DNA from: Ginglymostoma cirratum | Taxonomy: Eukaryota | DNA: 64,000 bases | Assembly: GCA_024137785.1 (NCBI GenBank) | Contig: JAHRHZ010000013.1 | Span: forward strand, 12,728,707 to 12,792,706 | Direction of reading: 5' to 3' | Shown: in pieces, positions 39,072 to 52,669 of the stretch | How the letters are laid out: each line of letters opens with the position of its first letter | How positions within the stretch are numbered: the stretch's first letter is position 1 | Position numbers and translations under genes: made by a program | Notes under the pieces: generated by a model | The model's input: only the letters and a program-made list of their open reading frames with translations | What the model was told of the DNA's origin: nothing | Database searches by the model: none

Positions 39072-40770
39072 AGACTGAGGCCATGAATCCTGTGGTTCTG
39101 ATAAACGGGGCAATCGGCCTCGGGTCGAATTCAGGCTACCCACAAATTTCAAACGTAACCGTTACATTTCGTAGAATAAATCACATGAAACAACGTGGAG
39201 GGGCATCTTTCAAAAAAGAAAAGATTCACGCCAGACAATGGTGCATTTGTTCAATCCCCACGCAGAGATGTTTTAAAAATATGCTGCCGCTGACAGTGTT
39301 ACAAATAGGACTTGAGGGTGTCTTGTCACTGATTTGGTTTGATGTTTTTATAAAGAACAGATTTAATTGAAGTTATAATGTTTTTACTGTCTTTATACGT
39401 CTTTGATGTCATCGCAGATTTGCTCAGGGAAAAACGGCGTCGTTCACATCAAAATGCCATTTTTTTCATGTGCTGCTCTTCTCAAATTTCTCTTTAGTCC
39501 GTGTAGTTCATAGTGTTGAGCATTTATTCGCGTTTAGGCGGAAATTTGAAGCCATCGCTAAGCTAAACTATTAAACCAACCTTTGTGTTCTTAAAAATCA
39601 GGTCACGTATATTGAAGATGAGTTTAAATCGTTCCAGTTTACTTTCGTACACGGTACATGTTAAACCAGGATTCCATTTTAATTGTAAAATAAACATAAT
39701 ATTGTGCCTAAATTTACATGGAAACAATTTCTTTACGCACAGTTTAGTGTTGGTTCGATACGATGAAATGCTATGCAAGATCCAACAAAAGAGGGTCCAC
39801 TTAACAAATAATAAGCCACCTAATCAAAACAAGAGCTCTGTGTCCGATGCTGTTTCTAGCTTCGCTGCAATAAACATAAAGAATATTTCATAATTTACCA
39901 GCGGATTGAGCTGCATCTTTAGTTCTGCGTTCAGTGAACATTGCCGTATTTAATGGCCTTAGAAACTAAATAGTCATTCCTACCACGTATACTGTCTATC
40001 TTTTTCTCTCTGAAACAAGGACATCTACCGATCAATTTCACAGTGCTAAGTTTCCTTTCACAGCTTATTTAATACAAAAAACTTTTCGGCAGCTTTAATT
40101 GAAGGCTAAACTTTTAGAAATCGGATAGTTTATTTATATATATATTACTGTATATATTTAATATAGATTTAAGAAAATTTAACTTGCGAAATTTCAATTT
40201 AAGAGCAATAGCGTCGCCAGGCTGAATTTATTTATCTCATGGCTGTCAAGTCACAAGCAAATATATTTGCTTCTCTTGGTAGAGAAAACATGGCACAAGC
40301 TAACTAAACACTGCGTCCTCTTCATTTGACAAAAACAAAAGCAATAAGAAATCTTGCAGTAAACTATTGACATATACAATACCATATTTATCATTTGCAA
40401 ATGGGCATATCTACTACGTTCATTATTTGAAGGCTGTCAAATTATATTTAAACCTATCCATTGAAACAATTAGAATACTGTTTGAGGAGTAAATCATCAC
40501 ATAGTAACGACTAGAGAAGCAGAAACACTCACACTTCGCACTTATAAAACAATTAATCCTAAATGCCGTATAATTATAGTGTGCTGTGGAATGCAGAGTG
40601 TTTTCAACACTTCCTCTAGCACTGATACATTGACACAAGCTCAGACAGAGAGGGGCAACGAAAACGAACAGAAATACGAAATTTTTTTCTGTACTGTTTA
40701 GCAGAATGAGCAAATAAGAACTCACTACCAAACAGAAAGGCCCAGACTAACTTCTTGTGGTTTCGCGCTC

Positions 40771-41166
<396 letters not shown>

Positions 41167-41228
41167 TTACGTAAAGTTGGTTCCTACTGTCAAGTTTTAA
41201 CATGTAATTTTCCACTATAAATACTCAC

Positions 41229-41658
41229 TAGAACTTGAATTCATTCGTTGCATCCAAGGGTAAATTGGAGTACTGTACTTCCGGTCGTTTCCTTCTTCAT
41301 TTAAAATTTTGTTTTGTGCACAATCTGTTTTGTACTGTTGGTCTGAGGAAAAGAAATCATCCTGGGCTCTGTGCTTTCCACTTCCGGATGGCGAAACACT
41401 GGTTAGATCCTTTTCAGGATAGAAACAAGAAGCTCCATACTCATACGATGCCCGATTGCAAGCTATTACTGAGTTGGATTGTTGGTAATAACAAGGTGAC
41501 GAGTAACTCTTATCCTGGAGCGTCGCTGCCCCATAGGAAGCTGGAAAGTGCCTTAGAGCATCATAACCCGTTGTATAGAGTGGGATCTGTCCGAGGAAGG
41601 AGTCCTGGCCACTGGGCAGTGAAACAGGGAAAGTAGGGTTCACAAAATACGAACTCAT
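41229..41658 (-). CDS. HOXA6: HoxA6 coding exon 1
   Basis: Starts [24 protein letters not shown] (ATG 41658), has [10 protein letters not shown] and donor TCTA|GTGAGT. Confidence 0.96.
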
Positions 41659-44600
41659 TTGCTCCACAGTCTGTAGTAATATGATTTGTTATGTATTAGT
41701 ACACAATGTGGTTTAGCTATTAGTAGTCATCGAGGTGGTTTGTTTCAGGATGGCCGAGCGCCAAAGCGACAGCAGCAAATATAACCAGCTGATCAGTCTC
41801 TGGCCAATAGAAAACGACTCTGGTTCAAAAAATTCCCTGGAGATCCGGCGACTGAGCTAGCAAAGTTACAAACAACCAAATCTGTTCTGAACTATAACAG
41901 AGGTGATTTTAATGGAATATTAGTGACCAAAAGAGAACACTATCAGGTTACAAGGTATAGCTATATATTCGTAATTTAGATACATTCATTCGTGGAATTA
42001 TGACTGTGCATTACGCATTCACACAATTGATGGATCAACAATAATTAGGAGATAGATGTTTGAGAAGGAAGGGTAATAAGAAATAAATCAACAAATCTCT
42101 AGTTTTGTAGATGTGTCTCCTATGTAGAAGCACAGAGTAAGTTAGATGGGTAAATAATAATTGTAAGAATTTAGATTTTCAATTAGCATATTTTTCCATT
42201 TGGATTTGTTTTATTACAGGCGCAAAATTCCTTTTGCTAGCTTATTTACAGTAGTTGGGAAACATCAAACCTCAGTCCCTCCATAATATTTTTCTCTGCC
42301 CATTTTAAACAAAGAACAATAGCGTCTACAAGTGCTGGGACCCACAACATCAAGTGTCCCTGAATTGTGCCTTCAGTAAATTCATACCAGCAATAAATAG
42401 ACACAACCTGATGGTAAGAGTACGTATACAGGGATATGATTTATAGATTTAATTTTGATGTTCTTATGAAGAAAATCCCAACAGTAGAGCGCAACGCAGA
42501 CTCTCAGCTTTAAAAGATTTCACAGTAATTGTGTGTGGGAGTAATTGTTATTGCACCAGCGTTCTTCATTAAAGCATGCATGCATATACATGTGCATTTA
42601 GTATACAAATACCACAACACTTCTAGGGAAACATCTATTTAACCAACATTCGCCGGGTTTATTTGAACGGCCAAGCGATCTCGAAACACAGAGAAGCTCG
42701 ATTTTATACTTGATAACCCTACGTATGGCTCTCTTCCATTAGAATGTTGTTTTAATTGCGTACGATTGAAATTCACTAATACTCCCCAAATCCCAACTTC
42801 GATTTTCCATAATTGCACACTGTTAAGGTTTTATCGACCATAAAAGAATGGAATGTTTCCTTTCGAATAATTAGGCATTTTGAACATCTCAATGGGGACA
42901 TTTGTGTTTTGGAATAACAGAGCATTTGCTGCGCCCTGAGCGCGGCATCAGATCGCAATGAAAGGACGGAAGCCAAAGGCTCCTTGCTAAAGATCTCATT
43001 ATCTCGTTAGGTTTCCTTTCCGTCAACAATGGTCACATCTCTTACTGAAATATCTGAGGTACTGTAAATAATAAACATACATGAGGAGGATGTGGATATA
43101 TTTTAGGCAAGCAAGATATTTTAGCCCTCAAGTAAATACTGTTACTGCACCTATAACCGAACTCGAAACCTGGCAATTAGAGGACAATCATTACAAATTA
43201 AGGAGAGTTGGTGAATGCGGTCGTTTAGTAGTTGGATGATTTTACATTTTCGACAGCTAAAACAGTTTTTTGGGGTGGATGCCCCATTAGTTAATGCAAG
43301 TAGTTAAAATACCACGAGTAGATTAATTTTCAGTCCTGCAAGCTTATACCTGTCTCTCTTTCCTAATTATAGACTGGCTATTTAAAAAAACAAACCGAAA
43401 GCTGGCCGAAATCAAAAGCCATATCTGTTCGAAGTGTGAGTATAAATACAGAGCAATCATGGAGGAAAATGTACAAGATTAAGCCAGTTCGACCCCTCTT
43501 AATGAAAGGCCGACGCTTGCCGCTTTCCTCAGTTTCTGCCCTAAAGCCTCTAACCATGTATTATATTTATGCATTTACTTCCAATTGTATACTGATTTTT
43601 AATAAATTCTAACAGTTCTCATCAACGTTGATCTTTTCTGTTTATGGATTTGCTTTATGTTTTATTTTTGGTTTTCGTTTACTCGTCACAAACCAGCTCT
43701 TAGAAGTAAAGGTTTGATTAGCAAGCCCCCAAAACTGCTGCATTCTTTAACATGAAGAATCTTCACACAAGTTGTGTCCTGCAAATGACCGAAATGCTGA
43801 ACAGAAAAAGGTGATATTGAAAGATGAACAAAAGAGCAATGCGTAAACCACGGCTATTATTTTCCAATTAGGTGGAACGGCTAATAGCCACTGCTGCTGC
43901 ATCGCGTGTTAGGAAAACTAGAGAAAACAAGGCAATATAATGAGACTATCAAAACAGAGTGGAGAAAATTGCTACTAAAGAGCCCATAGAATATAGTAAA
44001 TAATAACTTGAACACTATGTATCTTCTGGAGTTGAAATCAATACCGTACAATTGAACCTTTTTCACCACTAACCTAGAACTGAATACTATATTTTGCAAT
44101 TCATACTTTTAAAAATAACATTGCAGTTTCAGAAAATAAAGCGCCAATTAAATTTACTCCGACGGTAGGTTATAACTAATTACGAAATGGACTGGGAAAG
44201 GCTAAAATACTGTCACTGCGATTTATCCTTTCCGTTGACGTATTTCTATTTCCTTCTAGATAGCAAACCTTCTGAATGATAAGCTAAAATAATAGATCCT
44301 GAACAGATGGGATCTGAAACTCAATGTATTCAATGTTAGGAGAGTTGAAGCTAGAGAACGTCAATTAAAAAAAACAAGAAAGATGGGATATTTTCAAATC
44401 CACAAGGGTGTAAATTAGTATTTTGAATGTCGTTAATAAAAAGGAAATTTCTTCCCAAATCCTATCCGTTCTTGCAGCGACCAGAACAGATACAGCCTAA
44501 TTAGCAGCTGCAGACGGGATGTCTCTTGGTTTACTAGGTGAAATTGGGGCCTAGTTTGGGCTTCGTGAGCATGACTAAGATTTTTAAAAATATATATGTT

Positions 44601-46524
44601 TGTATACATATCTAAAACAACAATTAAATACGCATTTAATCCACTTACCCAATTCATCTGAAAGGAAATAACATACCATCTTTGAAATTGTGAATTGAGC
44701 GGCCGTTCTTCAAGTTTTCCACCCACCTGGCGCTTATATTACTTCTTTTGCCACGCTCACATCTCGTTAACAGGTTGCCACAATTTGAACCATAATTATC
44801 GCAAGGGAGCAGTATAAATGTTCTAAATACTTTGATGTAACTGTAACCCCTTCCAGAAACGTGGTTCTTCGAGAGTTTAAATGATCGAACGTTTTTTGCT
44901 ATCTTTTACATAAATAGTGAAGTTGCACTCTGAAAGATCAAAATAACTCTGCATTGCTTTATCACAACTAAACAGGCCTATTCATTAAACTCACGATTCA
45001 CTGACAACACTGTTTCTTGTTATGGTATCGGGACTCATTCAAATTCTTCGTTAAATTCGATTTCATATTTCTTACACTAGGAAAACAAATTCCACAGAAA
45101 CTTTCTAATATCACAAATATGGGTTGTTACCACGTTTTAAACATATAATTAAGGAGGCAGCGTAGATTTAAAGTGAGCGAGCTTACTACTTCTCGGTCTT
45201 TATCAATAACAAAGTGTATTTGTCCATTTCGATCCATGAACACGCATACCTTGACTTTTAACTTTAGCACAATTATGGCACATTTACTAACGATCAATAC
45301 GGATCAAATAACTAATTGGCGCAATTGCATTTCATAAGTACTCAAAAGCCTAATATAGTCTCAGTGATACACCGCGTGATGTCCACAGTTTCACTCATTT
45401 TGAAACCGCAACAAATAATTTAATGCAAAAACGCTTTAAATGCTATTTCTGTCGAGTTCAGTGCGTGGTATTATACAAGCAAACTGCTGATTACTGGACA
45501 TATTCACCAAGCAACACATTGAACGGTTAGTTTAAGAATGCAAGTCAACCACTTCATCAGTAACACATGACCAAGAGAGACGCAGCACCACAAGTTTGAT
45601 CACACTCCAAACACACGGTGGCAGCAACGAGTGCAAGAGGACAGCAAACATTAATAAATATCCACACGAACACACACATCCTCAGTCAGACGGGTCCAAG
45701 CGCCTTAGTGTCAGAAAGACAACGTCCGCGTTAAGTAAGAAAAACAACAGACAGCAAATTTGCATGCTCAGACCCGAAATAGAATATCTTTGATCATTTC
45801 TCATTCTTGAGCAGTCTTCAGCACTGTAATTAACCACAAATAACTAGGGATGATGATTCACAAATAAGCACTAAAACATACATTAGATTCCTACCAGAAT
45901 ATGTTTGAACAAAATGACAAAAGTAGATACTAAAATTTATTGCATCTTAAACGAAAACTATGCGAAGCAAGAACAGCAATTCAAAAGAAATAAATCATTT
46001 AAATGAAGAACGGTCACAGTAACAGATTATTTATTTTCAAATGGAATAAATATTTCTTTTTCAACTGCAATGAATCTGCAATAGATTGCATTACAACGAA
46101 CCTCACCCCCAGGTTCCCACTACATGACATTTAAAAACTGAATCAATGCTCGTGTGTTACTTTTGTCAATTTGATCCTTATGCAAAACACTTTGAAACGA
46201 ACAGATCGGCTGATGGCCAGAAACAACCAGAACGTAAGACGTCAAAACATTATCCACACTCATTTCAAAACAAATAGATGCCAAAAAAATTGCAAATGCA
46301 TAACAACTGTCCTTAAACCGGTCAGATTACACTCAACGAATGCTCAATAAACGCTACATTTCGAGTTATCACAATTCAAAGGTCATCGGCACTTTTAGCA
46401 TGATGCTCTTAAACTTTGGCAAATCAAAGATCTTTAAAGGTTGGCTTTTACAATAACTTTGCTTAAAGGGCATTTTAAAAATGCTTGTGTTTTGCAGAGC
46501 TACAAAGCTGAGAATGGGCCTTAC

Positions 46525-46930
46525 CTTGCTGCTGATTCCACCCCTCGGCCTGGCAAGTCCGGGCTCTGCACAGACCGGCTGTCGTATTTATTGAGCCCCA
46601 GTGTCAGTGTTTGCAGTGCCCGTGTCTAGTTTGACAGCTGTCCGTTCAGCTCCATCCCAGGCCCCTGGCTCCTGCATTCCGCCAGCGGCGTTTGGTGACG
46701 ACCTGCAGGAAACTGCCCCGCGGATCAGAGCCGGCGCTTTTTAATCCAATGCTCCACCTTCCATGGAGAAATTCGTAGCTGCCAGCCACGGGATCTGTGC
46801 TGAAAGCTTGGATGCATTGAAACTCCATAGGCGAATAATCACTGCGCTCGGAGGGGGTAAAAAGAAGAAAATATGCGTTGTTGAAAGCCCGCAAGCTCTC
46901 ACATCCGAACCAACACGCGCTTAGCAAAAG
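46525..46930 (-). other. Candidate non-coding first exon of long/polycistronic HoxA transcripts
   Basis: GC-rich block downstream of the 6/7 promoter element, ending at strong donor CAAG|GTAAGG (46525). The start position is approximate. Confidence 0.55.
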
Positions 46931-46949
46931 AATGCAGTTCTATAGTCGC

Positions 46950-47095
46950 AAGGGAAATTATAAAAAGTTCATGTTCACGGTTACACTCCACATGACTTTC
47001 AGTGGCCAATGGAAAAACCGAACAACTCGTAAAGTTCTATTGCAAAGTTGTAAATTTTCATAAAACAACAACGGATTTATGACATTTCCCCATGA
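46950..47095 (-). promoter_or_regulatory. Conserved Hox6/7 intergenic element ('four-cluster sequence'), probable distal promoter
   Basis: TATAAAAAGTTCATGTTCACGG..CACATGAC..GGCCAATGG..CTCGTAAA..TTTTCATAAAACAACAACGGATTTATGAC combines an E-box, CCAAT and Hox/Cdx sites directly upstream of a GC-rich exon-like block. Confidence 0.7.
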
Positions 47096-48526
47096 CTATT
47101 AGGAGGCAGGTCTTAGACGCCATTTTTAACAAAGAGTCAAGTTAAAATTGTGAAATTATTAAAGATTTTTTCCACGGTTTAAAAATAATTTTCTAATTTC
47201 TGAAGCTACGATATTATGATTATAACACTCGTTTGTATTTCGTGTTTTTTTTTCACAGAAATCATTAGTTTCTGCGTTCAGGCGATTATTGTAACGAATC
47301 AATTCTGGCTTACGTATCATCGCATTTCTTCTAGTTTGCTCGTTTCTTGAATTTGTTACATTTTTAAAATGGCTATGAGTTCGCTCTATTTCGTGGGGGA
47401 TCGAGCTACGAGTTACAGTGCCGCACTGCATGCATTACAAATAAAGTCTGCGCCTGTCCGAATATTCCTCCCAAACTCGGCAATGAAATAGCGACTCGGT
47501 TCCTTCTTTATTTGAATTACAATTTTTGTTCGTTATGAAACCAGAGACTACGCTCACTATGTTCTTATCTTTTCCATTTTTCTTAGGCTCTTCTGAAAGG
47601 GAAATGAGCTCAATCAGGCATCGGGTCCAGCTTGCTTCATGAGAACTTTAGCCCATCATCGACCTAACCTTCGTCTTAATTCAGACGCATTGCTTACAAA
47701 TACGGTCTTATTTAAAAACATTCTTGTCAACGATAACTAAGTGACCGTAATGTGCACAAAGGATCTTGTCATCTTCGGTTTTAATCTGTCTAAAACGTAC
47801 CCACTTCGTGGACAAAAATTATGCGTTCATTTGTGTGGGTGAAAAACAGATTGGATGTCAATGAATGGACTGTTATATAAAAATATGCATTTGTTACTCT
47901 GAAATAATTTATATTTAATTGCTGCTGTTAATGATACTACTTCTGTCTTTTAACGAATCATGGGTCCACTCATTTGGTGGTAAACTGCTCAGGCCAAGAA
48001 ACGACACACTGTTTATTCAAGCACCGTTTAATATTCCTCGTTTTTGTTTGTCTACAGAGACTCCATTTAAAGTATACATTGCTGGAACGAATATATGCAT
48101 TTTAAATAGATTGCACCTTAAACCTTTAACATCGGTTATTATTTAACAACACATACACATATTACAAAGCAAACTTTCCATTGACAGATACCATACCGAA
48201 TATGGAACCACAATATATCTAGTCGACGATGCTGTTCAGAATTTCTATTATTACATTTGGTTACTGTTTTCTTTAATTTTATAATTTAGACAGTACACAT
48301 GTATAAGACAACTGACACAAGACTTAAAGAAAGACAATTACATCATTCAATAATACATGGCTGCTTGAAATCTTTAGCAGGTATACATTTTAATGCCATC
48401 AATCAGAGAGAGATATAGCAATTTCCCCCCCCCCCCTTATATATAACTCGTTTTGCTTTTTTTTACATTATAGTATTTAAGCACAGTACGAAACAACTCC
48501 ATTCGCGTCAAATGTAAACTGGTATC

Positions 48527-49563
48527 TAGGTAGTTATCACTATGTTGTGTTATAAAGTGGCTATATAAGCACCTCCTTTAAAAAAAAGTACATCAGAATA
48601 TTATTCACATTTTTGTTCTCATATAATGGGTACTGTTTAGAGAAGTGCGAAAAGTCTAGACTCCAAGAACACTCTCTGTCAAGAAACGAATATTCAATTC
48701 GAACATTTAGGTAGTTTCCAAAGACGTGCAAGATGTCCACTATTGTGGTTTAGGTAGTTACATTTCATTGCTATGTGAAATGAAAAATCTTCATCATTTT
48801 GTTAACAGAACGGTACATCTCGGTGTAAAGCGACACACTCAGAGAGCAATGGAGAAGTAATGTAAAAAACAATAAAAACGAAGAATTGAATAGAAATAAA
48901 TTATTTTATTCGACTGCTTAGCTTTCTGTCAATTCTTGCTGTGTCTGTTAAAGTGACTCAAGTACTTGGTCTCTGATTGGACTGGAATCGACTGTATTAT
49001 CACGGTATTTTTGTTTTGTGAATAGTAAGCAGGAATACTTCAATACATGTGAAGAAGAAATGTCAGCAGAAGTAAAAATAACTTTGAGAAGTAGTCCAGT
49101 GCATGAGATATATTTTAAAACACGTAGTGGTATTTGAATTTTGCATTATCTAGGTTCGAACGATGGTTTACATTTAGTTTTATCGGCTAACGTTATCCCG
49201 TTGATTGCACTACGAGAGATTCAGAATCCAAATTTAATTCATTTCATTTTAATAACAGAGAAGAAGGATTTCGAATTTCTTTCGAGTTCCTTGCAATATT
49301 GAGGACAGAGATTCTCAATTAAACTTGAGAAAACAAGCATTTCAAATTTGACTGCTTCCCTGTAGCATTTGCGGACAAATGTTCTAAGTCCTTCCACTTT
49401 CCCTTTGTTAATGAAAACACGGATTCTGAATTCAATTCCTAGCTCTCTACCAATGCCAATAAAGATTTTGATCTTTTTAAAAGAAATAACTGAAACCATA
49501 ACCAGTGAACTTTGAATTTTAAAGACATGATTTTGAAAGAGGTTATTAAAACACATAGGTAGT
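48527..49563 (-). promoter_or_regulatory. Four miR-196 8mer target sites in HoxA7 3'UTR
   Basis: The + strand shows TAGGTAGT (mRNA ACUACCUA) at 48527, 48708, 48751 and 49556. Confidence 0.8.
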
Positions 49564-49683
49564 ATCATGAGTGCTAGCGCACATTTCTGAAATAGTCCAC
49601 GATTGTGGTTAGCTAGTCAAATGTCATGGTTTAGCGGCTGCAGAGCAACTTTCTTCGCATAGTTCAGGATTTAGCTGAGAATT

Positions 49684-50025
<342 letters not shown>

Positions 50026-50773
50026 TCAACATCCCCTCGTCAACTCTGCTCTTACAGAACCCCATTGAAATATTTGTGGCTGAACTAAGTGTTCAGAGGA
50101 TTTGCCAACGGTCTGGTTTAAGATGCAAATTAACTTTTGGGATCTGAGTGGAACCTTCTTACAGCAAAATGGTTTTTGGAAAGAAAAATAAGTTTTCAGT
50201 GCAAATCACTTCATGCTCTTAGTATTTTGTTTACATCCCAGCGATTGCCAGAGTAACATTTCACCTTGTTTAGAGGTTGGAGTGTTAATATTTCAGACAC
50301 AGGAATGACAGGTAGCGACAATCGTAAGCCTTTATGTGCGTGTGAGAGTGTTTTTATTTTTCAAAACTATTCGATTCTAACGCTAGCAATTGAAATGACA
50401 ATTTCACCCTTGTAGTTCGAGCTCGTACGTTATGGCACCGAAGTAATTCGTTTCAAATACGGACTTATATCTACAAAGGGGGTGGGGTGGGGGGGGGGGC
50501 GAAGCTTTACAAGCACCCAAAGATCTTTCATGGAGTGAAAAACAAAGAGAGAAAAAAAGCTTCAGTTCTACGACCTTGCCCAATCTGCAAACATACTTTA
50601 GACCTGCAATGTATCATTCCCCATCCACTCAAGAAGAGACGGTGATTTTTTCCCGCGTATCAGTAAAGAACGTTGCTCTCATTTGATGTTGATAAAAGTG
50701 GGTAAACAAGCAATATGTGAGTTGCTGTTAACTTTAAAGGAACGGAAGTCGAGTGCTTTTACGAGGATTGTAC

Positions 50774-50805
50774 TGATTAATTGTGCAATAAAAGTTTTAT
50801 GATTG
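50774..50805. promoter_or_regulatory. HB-1-like element in HoxA7 intron
   Basis: TGATTAATTGTGCAATAAAAGTTTTATGATTG has clustered TAAT and TTTAT sites near the 5' end of the A7 intron. Confidence 0.65.
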
Positions 50806-50950
50806 CTATCTACATACAATACTACGTACATTTGAGGAACTGGTCCTCAGCTACCATTAAAACTTTTAACTACCTTCAGGATGTAGTGGCGCTCATTTTA
50901 ACTGGTCATTTGCACATTTTCTCGTCGCTATGTTACACTATGTCCCATAC

Positions 50951-51344
50951 CTGCATTCCTCATCCAGGGGTAAATCCGGAAATTGCTCTCTGCTTGAGGG
51001 TGCACGTTTGTTTGATCCAATTTTTCGCAACCCTGTTTGCTCAGATCGCTGCAAAGAACTGGAATGTTCTGGTCTAAGGCAGAGCAGCGCAGGTTGTAGG
51101 AATCGGAATTTAGGTTATAACCTGTGTTGTACATGGAAGGGCCGTGATAGATTGCACTGTTAACATTGTACAGGCCGGCCATCGGGGCTGGGAAGGCGCT
51201 GGCGCTCGCTCCATAGCTGGATCTTTGTGAGTTGGTAGCAAAAGCGCAAGAAGTTGCTTCTGTAAAGCCACTCGCGTTCTGGAAAACGGACGTCCCCGCC
51301 GTATATTTGGGAAAAAGAGCATTCACATAATACGACGAACTCAT
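50951..51344 (-). CDS. HOXA7: HoxA7 coding exon 1
   Basis: Starts MSSSYYVNALFPKYTAG, has NFRIYPWMR and donor GCAG|GTATGG. Confidence 0.96.
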
Positions 51345-52669
51345 AATTTTGTCTGGTGATTTGTTGGCCAGGACTCTTCAGTGTCGGTTTTACGAGATAG
51401 CGTGATAAATGGTAGCATTACACCCCCGATTTACACCAAGCACCCATTTTCCTTCGGCCCGACTCATTTCTATTCACGTGACCTGGCCATGTGATCCCTT
51501 CACCCAATAGCATTCCGCATCACAGGTGGTAAATAGCATGTAATTCGACTATTTTCAGAAAGATATTGTACAAAAATCACTCACAATCTTTTAATATTGA
51601 ATGTATCGATAGGCTGCTTCACCTTAAAAGGTCAATGTTCTTCTGTTAATGTTTTTTTCCAAGCCTCTGTGCTATTTACATGTGAAGATTTTGGGAACGC
51701 AGGTATGATTCCAACATTGTTGAGAATAAGATATGTGATGAAACTCATACAATTTGGCCTCATACTAAATGAAGCAGCAATCGTGAATCGTAATATACTC
51801 GCCCTGGTATAACATTTAGGTGCATTCTACGCTATTTGGTTTAAAAAGAAAAGGTTAGGTGGAAGAATTGAAAATAAATGAGCAGCTGTACTTTTCTCTT
51901 TACTCCCCCTCCCCAACCCTGCACCACCACCACCCCAACCCCATGCAGTTGTTTGCTGTATTACGATGCTACCAAGGCGTTATACACAGTCAGAGGCACT
52001 TGAGATTTACTGAATTAAGATTGAATGTACATCTAAAATCAAGATTAGAGAATAATCCATGTGGGTAATTAGTAAGGGTTACAGATACAAGATAAGCATT
52101 GCAGCATCAAAGCGCAAATGGCTGTGATGCTAGCCTCTGATACGAACTCTCGGATTTTTGTTTTAATATTTAAGCCTGTTCTTATATTGATTTACTAAAA
52201 TGGACGAGTTCACTTTGGGGATGACCACATTTCCTCTGACGGGTTTCAGTGCAACAACTACTCCGTAGAAACCTTTTAGAGTTGCTAGGTAATCTGATTG
52301 GAACCCCGCAGGGGATTTACCCCGGGTATCGTTTCCGCCTTCTGTTTTACAACTTATTTTTTTCTCTCTCGTTCTCTCCCAATCCTCTCGTTAGATCACA
52401 GAACTTGTCTACAAAGCTGTTGTCCACAATGTCCGGGTACATTGTCCAGTTACTGTGTTTAAGGTTTTCGTTCCTCTCGAGCGGAAGAGTTGCTTTTATG
52501 TTCCACATTAATAGGCATATTTTGTCAGGGTTAAGTGTAAAAAATCATCGCCAGCATTTACAGCAGCAAGACAGTCTAGCGAGCATGCACCTGGTGCGTT
52601 AACAGTAAAGGATTGTTAAAATAAAAACGTGTTTCTGCATTTCCGTCTGCGATCCTTTAGGAACTGCTT

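Noticed and set aside
41235-41636. Antisense ORFs over Hox exons (also 25237-25904 and 58701-59081)
   Set aside because: These are shadow ORFs of the real minus-strand CDSs.
44712-44735. Possible CTCF motif between A6 and A7 (GCGCCAGGTGGGTG)
   Set aside because: It has too many mismatches in the GGCRS core, so a 6|7 site cannot be supported.
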